Below, one piece after another: positions 58,702-64,000 of a stretch of DNA of 64,000 nt. Source of the stretch: Eledone cirrhosa (lineage: Eukaryota). Under the pieces are notes generated by a model. It searched no databases, was not told the origin of the DNA, and worked only from the letters and a program-made list of their open reading frames with translations. Every line of letters begins with the position of its first letter. Position 1 is the stretch's first letter. The stretch is from positions 35,588,001-35,652,000 of the forward strand of contig OZ024759.1 of assembly GCA_964016885.1 (NCBI GenBank). The letters run 5' to 3'. The position numbers and the translations under genes were made by a program.

Positions 58702-59090
58702 TAAGAAAGGCATGAACGACACCACACCATTTTGAAAATGTTGAAAGTAGGTTTATAGGTATGAATTTCATAAGATCTTTGTAGTAGTCTCTGTGGCCTA
58801 GTGGTAAGTACTAGAGACAGTGGAGATCCTGGCCTTGGGTTCAATCCTGGTCAAGGGGCACATGTAACCTTTTTCAGTTTTTATTTTACAATCCATAGAA
58901 AAAACTGAAAAGGTTTACTGGGAACCCTACTCTCCAATAGAATCGAACTTCGGACCAGGATCACCACCGTCTATGATTCCTCCCACTCGACCACCGAGAC
59001 ATCTACATAAGTATAATGAATTTTTGATAATTATAAACCTACTTTCAAAATCAAAGTTAATAAGATGTGCTGTCGTTCATGGCTTTCCTA
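58702..59090. mobile_element. About 390-bp imperfect fold-back with convergent tRNA-like units
   Basis: Paired blocks catgaacgac/gtcgttcatg, ttgaaagtaggtttata/tataaacctactttcaa, ttttcagttttt/aaaaactgaaaa; A-box tggcctagtggtaag and B-box ggttcaatcc on +, degenerate mirror on -. Confidence 0.65.
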
Positions 59091-59486
59091 GAGCTATTAG
59101 TACTATTTAGGGTCGACTTCTGGTCATTATTGAAAGTCTCTGGATTTCGCAAAAAACATATTTTTTATTGGAGAAAGTAAGATATTTTTCCGCAAAAATT
59201 TGATTGCACTGTTTTCTTTCCACTTATCTATTTTTCGAAAATGTTATTTATTCATTATAAAAATTAAACGATAGCATTCTATATGTAGGTGCCCCCCCCT
59301 TCTCCTGGTAACCAATATTTTTAGACCCAGTCAGCCACTGTATACATATTTATATATATATCATCATCATCACCATTTTACATCTGTTCTTCCATGCTAG
59401 CATGGGTTAGACAGGTTGTCCTGCTGTGGGCAGTGTCCGGTCGGCTGACCTTGTCTTGCTCATACTGGAACTGATATATATATATC

Positions 59487-59685
59487 AGATAGGGTGTGGT
59501 AAAAACCAGGCAGACCATAACACACCAGAGTACTCAATACTTGGGTTGGTAGAGTGGGTAATATGAAAAGATTCAGGACCCCGACGGCTTAGCTCTGACT
59601 GTTTTGACAGCTAGATCTGAACAGTTCAGATCTAGCTGTCTAAACAGCTGGAGCTCTGCCGTCGGGGTCCTGAATCTTTTCATAT
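59487..59685. mobile_element. Fold-back PLE-like element, 15150 family (62-bp arms 59561-59685)
   Basis: Centre ctagatctgaac-a-gttcagatctag; tail on minus matches 15225-15300. Confidence 0.7.
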
Positions 59686-60195
59686 ATATATATATATATA
59701 TATTGTTTTTTCTAAAATAGATTTCTAACCAATCCCTGGGTTTGTTATACAGAGTGATAATTCCAATAGTCAGCTAGTATAGATTTAGTGCAGACTAAGT
59801 AATGTTAACTGACCACCAGACTAAGTGACCGAGTGACCAAGTGACCTTAGTCTTTGTGGTTAGATGGTGGCAATGGTAGAGAAAGAATTAGTACAGGTAT
59901 CTTCATGATTACATCATCAATCAATGTATGTATATTTATATATATATATATATATACACATATATATATACATATATGCATCATACATACGTACATATAT
60001 GCATCATACATACATACATATATGCATCATACATACATACATATATGCATCATACATACATACATATATGCATCATACATACATACATATATCCATCATA
60101 CATACATACATATACATACATACATATATGCATCATACATACATACATACATATATGCATCATACATACATGCATCATACATACATACATACTTC

Positions 60196-60230
<35 letters not shown>

Positions 60231-60334
60231 CATACACACACACACACTCTGGAGTCTCACCTGTATACTCACAGGATCATCGCACAAAAATTATTTTCTA
60301 ACACACCTCTCTCTCTCTCTATCTCTCTATCTAC

Positions 60335-60410
60335 CTATCTGTATTGTATGTAAACTTCTCCCTTTGTATTTGTCCCCTTATTCTGTGCCCCTGTGGCTAA
60401 TAAAGAAACA
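60335..60410 (+). mobile_element. Dispersed LINE-like 3' tail with AATAAA
   Basis: tgtgcccctgtggctaataaagaaaca also at 30120-30187 and, degenerate, at 15615-15642. Confidence 0.55.
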
Positions 60411-61133
60411 TATCTATCTCTATCTATCTGTCACTCTATCTCCCTATCTATCTGTCACTCTATCTCCCTGTCTATCTGTCTCCCTGTCTATCCACCACAT
60501 CCGTTGATCCGGTGTATCTACCATTGTTAATGGAGAAAACACTTCTTATAAAACACATTTTGTTTCTTCTGTAACAAAACCAATCACAAAGAGGCTGAGG
60601 ACATCTTTTGTTGGCGAAGATCTGTTGAAGTAACAAAGCAAATATCTTTGCTAAAACAGATGCTTAACATTCAATTTAACGTTGAAATGATTAGAAGACA
60701 CCCACTCTCTCCTCATTGTATTTCTCTCTCTCTCCTTCTCTCTCATATCTCTTGCTCTCTCACTCTTTTGCTTCCTGTCTCTCTCTCTCTCTCTCTTCCC
60801 CCTCTTATACACCCTCTCACTCTTTATCCTCCCTCCCTATCTGTGTAAATCTATAACTCTACCAATTCTAGCTCCATTTGCTGCAGCCTCTGTGAAGAGA
60901 GAATCTGGAGACATTAAGCTGCTGACCACTTATGTAATCTATTTTTAGCATTTTACCAAATGCCTCCCTTTAGGAATTCTCTCTTGTATGATTCTTATTA
61001 ATAACAGCACAACCAATTAATAACATTGAGTTTATTTTTGTTTTTTTAGATGGTTAAAAGATGCTTCCATGATGTAATTGCTTCAGTGTCAACACAAGCA
61101 AGCTCAGTTCAATTCACTCACCAGACAAATAAA

Positions 61134-61955
61134 ACACACAGGCTCAGATCAATTCATATGCCAGACAACTGCCACACAGGCTCAGATCAAGTCACTTGCC
61201 AGACATGTACAACACACAGGCTCAGATCAAGTCATCTGCCAGACAAATACAACATAGGCTCAGATCGTCATTTGCCAGATAAGTACAAGGCTCAGATCAA
61301 GTCATTTGCCAGATAAGTTCAAGGCTTAGATCGTCATTTGCCAGATAAGTACAAGGCTCAGATCATTATTTGCCAGATAAGTACAAGGCTCAGATCGTCA
61401 TTTGCCAGATAAGTACAAGGCTCAGATCATCATTTGCCAGATAAGTACAAGGCTCAGATCATCATTTGCCAGATAAGTACAAGGCTCAGATCGTCATTTG
61501 CCAGATAAGTACAAGGCTCAGATCGTCATTTGCCAGATAAGTACAAAGCTCAGATCATCATTTGCCAGATAAGTACAAGGCTCAGATCGTCATTTGCCAG
61601 ATAAGTACAAGGCTCAGATCGTCATTTGCCAGATAAGTACAAGGCTCAGATCATCATTTGCCAGATAAGTACAAGGCTCAGATCGTCATTTGCCAGATAA
61701 GTACAAGGCTCAGATCATCATTTGCCAGATAAGTACAAGGCTCAGATCGTCATTTGCCAGATAAGTACAAGGCTCAGATCATCATTTGCCAGATAAGTAC
61801 AAGGCTCAGATCGTCATTTGCCAGATAAGTACAAGGCTCAGATCGTCATTTGCCAGATAAGTACAAGGCTCAGATCGTCATTTGCCAGATAAGTACAAGG
61901 CTCAGATCATCATTTGCCAGATAAGTACAAGGCTCAGATCAAGTCATTTGCCAGA
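61134..61955. repeat. 32-bp minisatellite (ggctcagatcgtcatttgccagataagtacaa)
   Basis: Direct observation. Confidence 0.95.
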
Positions 61956-62747
61956 TACTAACAACTGTGGTTAAAAGGACTCATCCACACTGCAATAGCT
62001 TCAGTTTAAACAGACAGAGTCTCAGCTCAAATTACTTGCAGTTGGTGTTAGGAAGGGCATCCAGTTGTAGAAACCAAGCTAAAATCAGTTCTGTATGAGC
62101 AAGACATGGTCACCTGACCTGGCATTGCCCACAACAGGACAATTTGATCTCAGATCAAATTACTTGTCAGACAAGAGAGTGGGTTTAGTCTGAACTCTTC
62201 AATGATGGCTCAACAACAGCATTTGTGTGGTTCACTGTCTTGGAAGTTAAGGCACTGGGACAGTGTTATGTGAGCACCAGATGATGATGAGGGCACCAAC
62301 TTGAGTCACACACCACTGTTTGGCAGTGAGATGGAGTTGGTCTAGGGAAGACTTAATCCACATGAAGTTTGACCTGTACGTAGTGTCATCTGAGTTGTGT
62401 TGCTAAACTGGGAGATGGTGAAGCCATTATCAACCCAAATAGCCAGAGCAGACTCAGGTTTCACATCAAATATCCAGTCTGATAGATCATACATCTGTCT
62501 GATCGATTTTACATCTACTTGATCAATTCTACACTAGTCATTCACTCTGAGATACGCACTACACAAGTCATGTACACACCACACATGCTACATATATATA
62601 CACACACACACCATAGGCTATATATACACCACAGAAGTCATACATACATATAATATATACACCACTCCAGCTATATATAAATGACACCAGCCATATATAC
62701 TCCACACCAGCCAATATCTATCTATATATATATACATATATCACACC

Positions 62748-62794
<47 letters not shown>

Positions 62795-63064
62795 ACAAAG
62801 TAAACTGTCTCTCCTCTTCCACCTCTTTACCCCCCCCACCGAGGTCCAGTACCAATAAGTACTTTATTCTCTGTTAATCATATCTAAATATCAATATTTA
62901 CACAAGGAGTCAGTTTCACCGGAACCATTGCCAAGTTGGTCAACTTAAACACTTCCCTTTAATCCGATTCCACGCCACCTTGAAACTCATTACATTTGCT
63001 ACATTTTACAGATTATCGAATCTAGGTTTATAGGTATACGTCTGCTTGTGTGTATATATGTATA

Positions 63065-63330
63065 TAACATCATCACCGTTTTACGTCCATTCTTCCATGT
63101 TAGCATGGGTTAGACGAGTTGTCCTGTTGTGGGCAATGCTAGGTCAGGTGACCAGGTCTTACTCACACAAAACTGATTCTGGCTCGATTTCTACAGCTGG
63201 ATGCCCTCCCTAACACCAACCACATTGACAGTGAGTGCTGGGTGCTTTTTGTCATGGCACCCACACGTCTACTTTAGTGCAGACTGGGTGCTTTTTTTAT
63301 TGACACCTACACAACCACATTACAGTGGGA
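63065..63330 (-). mobile_element. SINE (ttaggaagggcatcc family)
   Basis: Reverse complement of 25095-25325. Confidence 0.8.
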
Positions 63331-63399
63331 GGGGTGGGGCAATACTGTCTATATGCTTCAGCTTTGGCCTGTGTATATATTTCTCTCTCTCTACCCCCC

Positions 63400-63800
63400 C
63401 TCCCCTACTGAGATCGCCACAGAAAAACCTTGCTCTGCAGTTATCAGCGCCAATGGGCTTATACCGATCGGTGGACTATAACTTATTCCACTTTCTCATC
63501 GGTTACTTTACATACATATGGCATTGTCCTCTGTCCCAACTTATATCTGTATGTTTACTTCATTTTTTCCTCTTTTCCTTCTTCCTCTCTCTTCACTATC
63601 ACTTCTTTCCCTCATGGCCTTTTGATGGATAAAAGGCTATGGGCGTGCTACAGATCAATGTTCTGTTTTAAACGCTGAAACATCAATGATCTGTAGTAAA
63701 CAGCTGATGAAGGGATACTTTCCTTCTCTTGTTTACGTCCTGTTTACCTTCTAACCCTTCGTTTTCAGTAACCACACAACCTAACTCTTCACCTGTAATT
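63400..63800 (+). mobile_element. Possible degenerate Penelope-like 3' end (pLTR)
   Basis: LALQLSAPMGLYRSVDY resembles the PLE GIY-YIG C-terminal LxTLxPxGLN motif; followed by a pyrimidine tract, a decayed UGAUG...GAAAC motif and (TA)n. Confidence 0.35.
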
Positions 63801-63803
63801 ATA

Positions 63804-63846
<43 letters not shown>

Positions 63847-64000
63847 TTAGGGGACGAAGCAAGTCAAATAGAACAGACATAAGTTTGGCTGTTTCCCCAC
63901 TCAATGAACAACTAATTTCAAATTATTAAAATTCCAACTCAGCTGATCAGAGTGGACACTTTTGGTACCAACAATATAAGTCCTGTTAATGTATTATTTC

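Noticed and set aside
63704-63730. CTGATGA followed by a short stem
   Set aside because: No GAAA after the stem.

Overview
This is eukaryotic, very AT-rich and repeat-saturated DNA; the SINE/LINE/MITE families and (TA)n/(CA)n/(GGT)n load suggest an octopus or other cephalopod (inference, no search run). There are no prokaryotic features, rRNA, true tRNA or CRISPR, and essentially every ORF in the supplied track is an artefact of micro/minisatellites. The window looks like long introns of a minus-strand gene with small candidate exons (49237-~49560, possibly 39804-39917, 7598-7642, 150-229); the last begins with an AG|GTAAG recursive-splice-like junction. The main signal is at least 8 sequence-distinct families of 100-250 bp elements, mostly lodged in (TA)n tracts, carrying type I hammerhead ribozyme folds (complete at 5497-5532, 22570-22621 and 30257-30317 minus; partial elsewhere). 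Many share a CTCTAC...ATTGAGTRC tail and form fold-backs whose symmetry axis falls in or next to the ribozyme core, as expected for Penelope-like (PLE) pLTR or retrozyme derivatives. Several large minisatellites visibly derive from a MITE, a SINE head, a SINE B-box, a LINE ORF and a palindrome.
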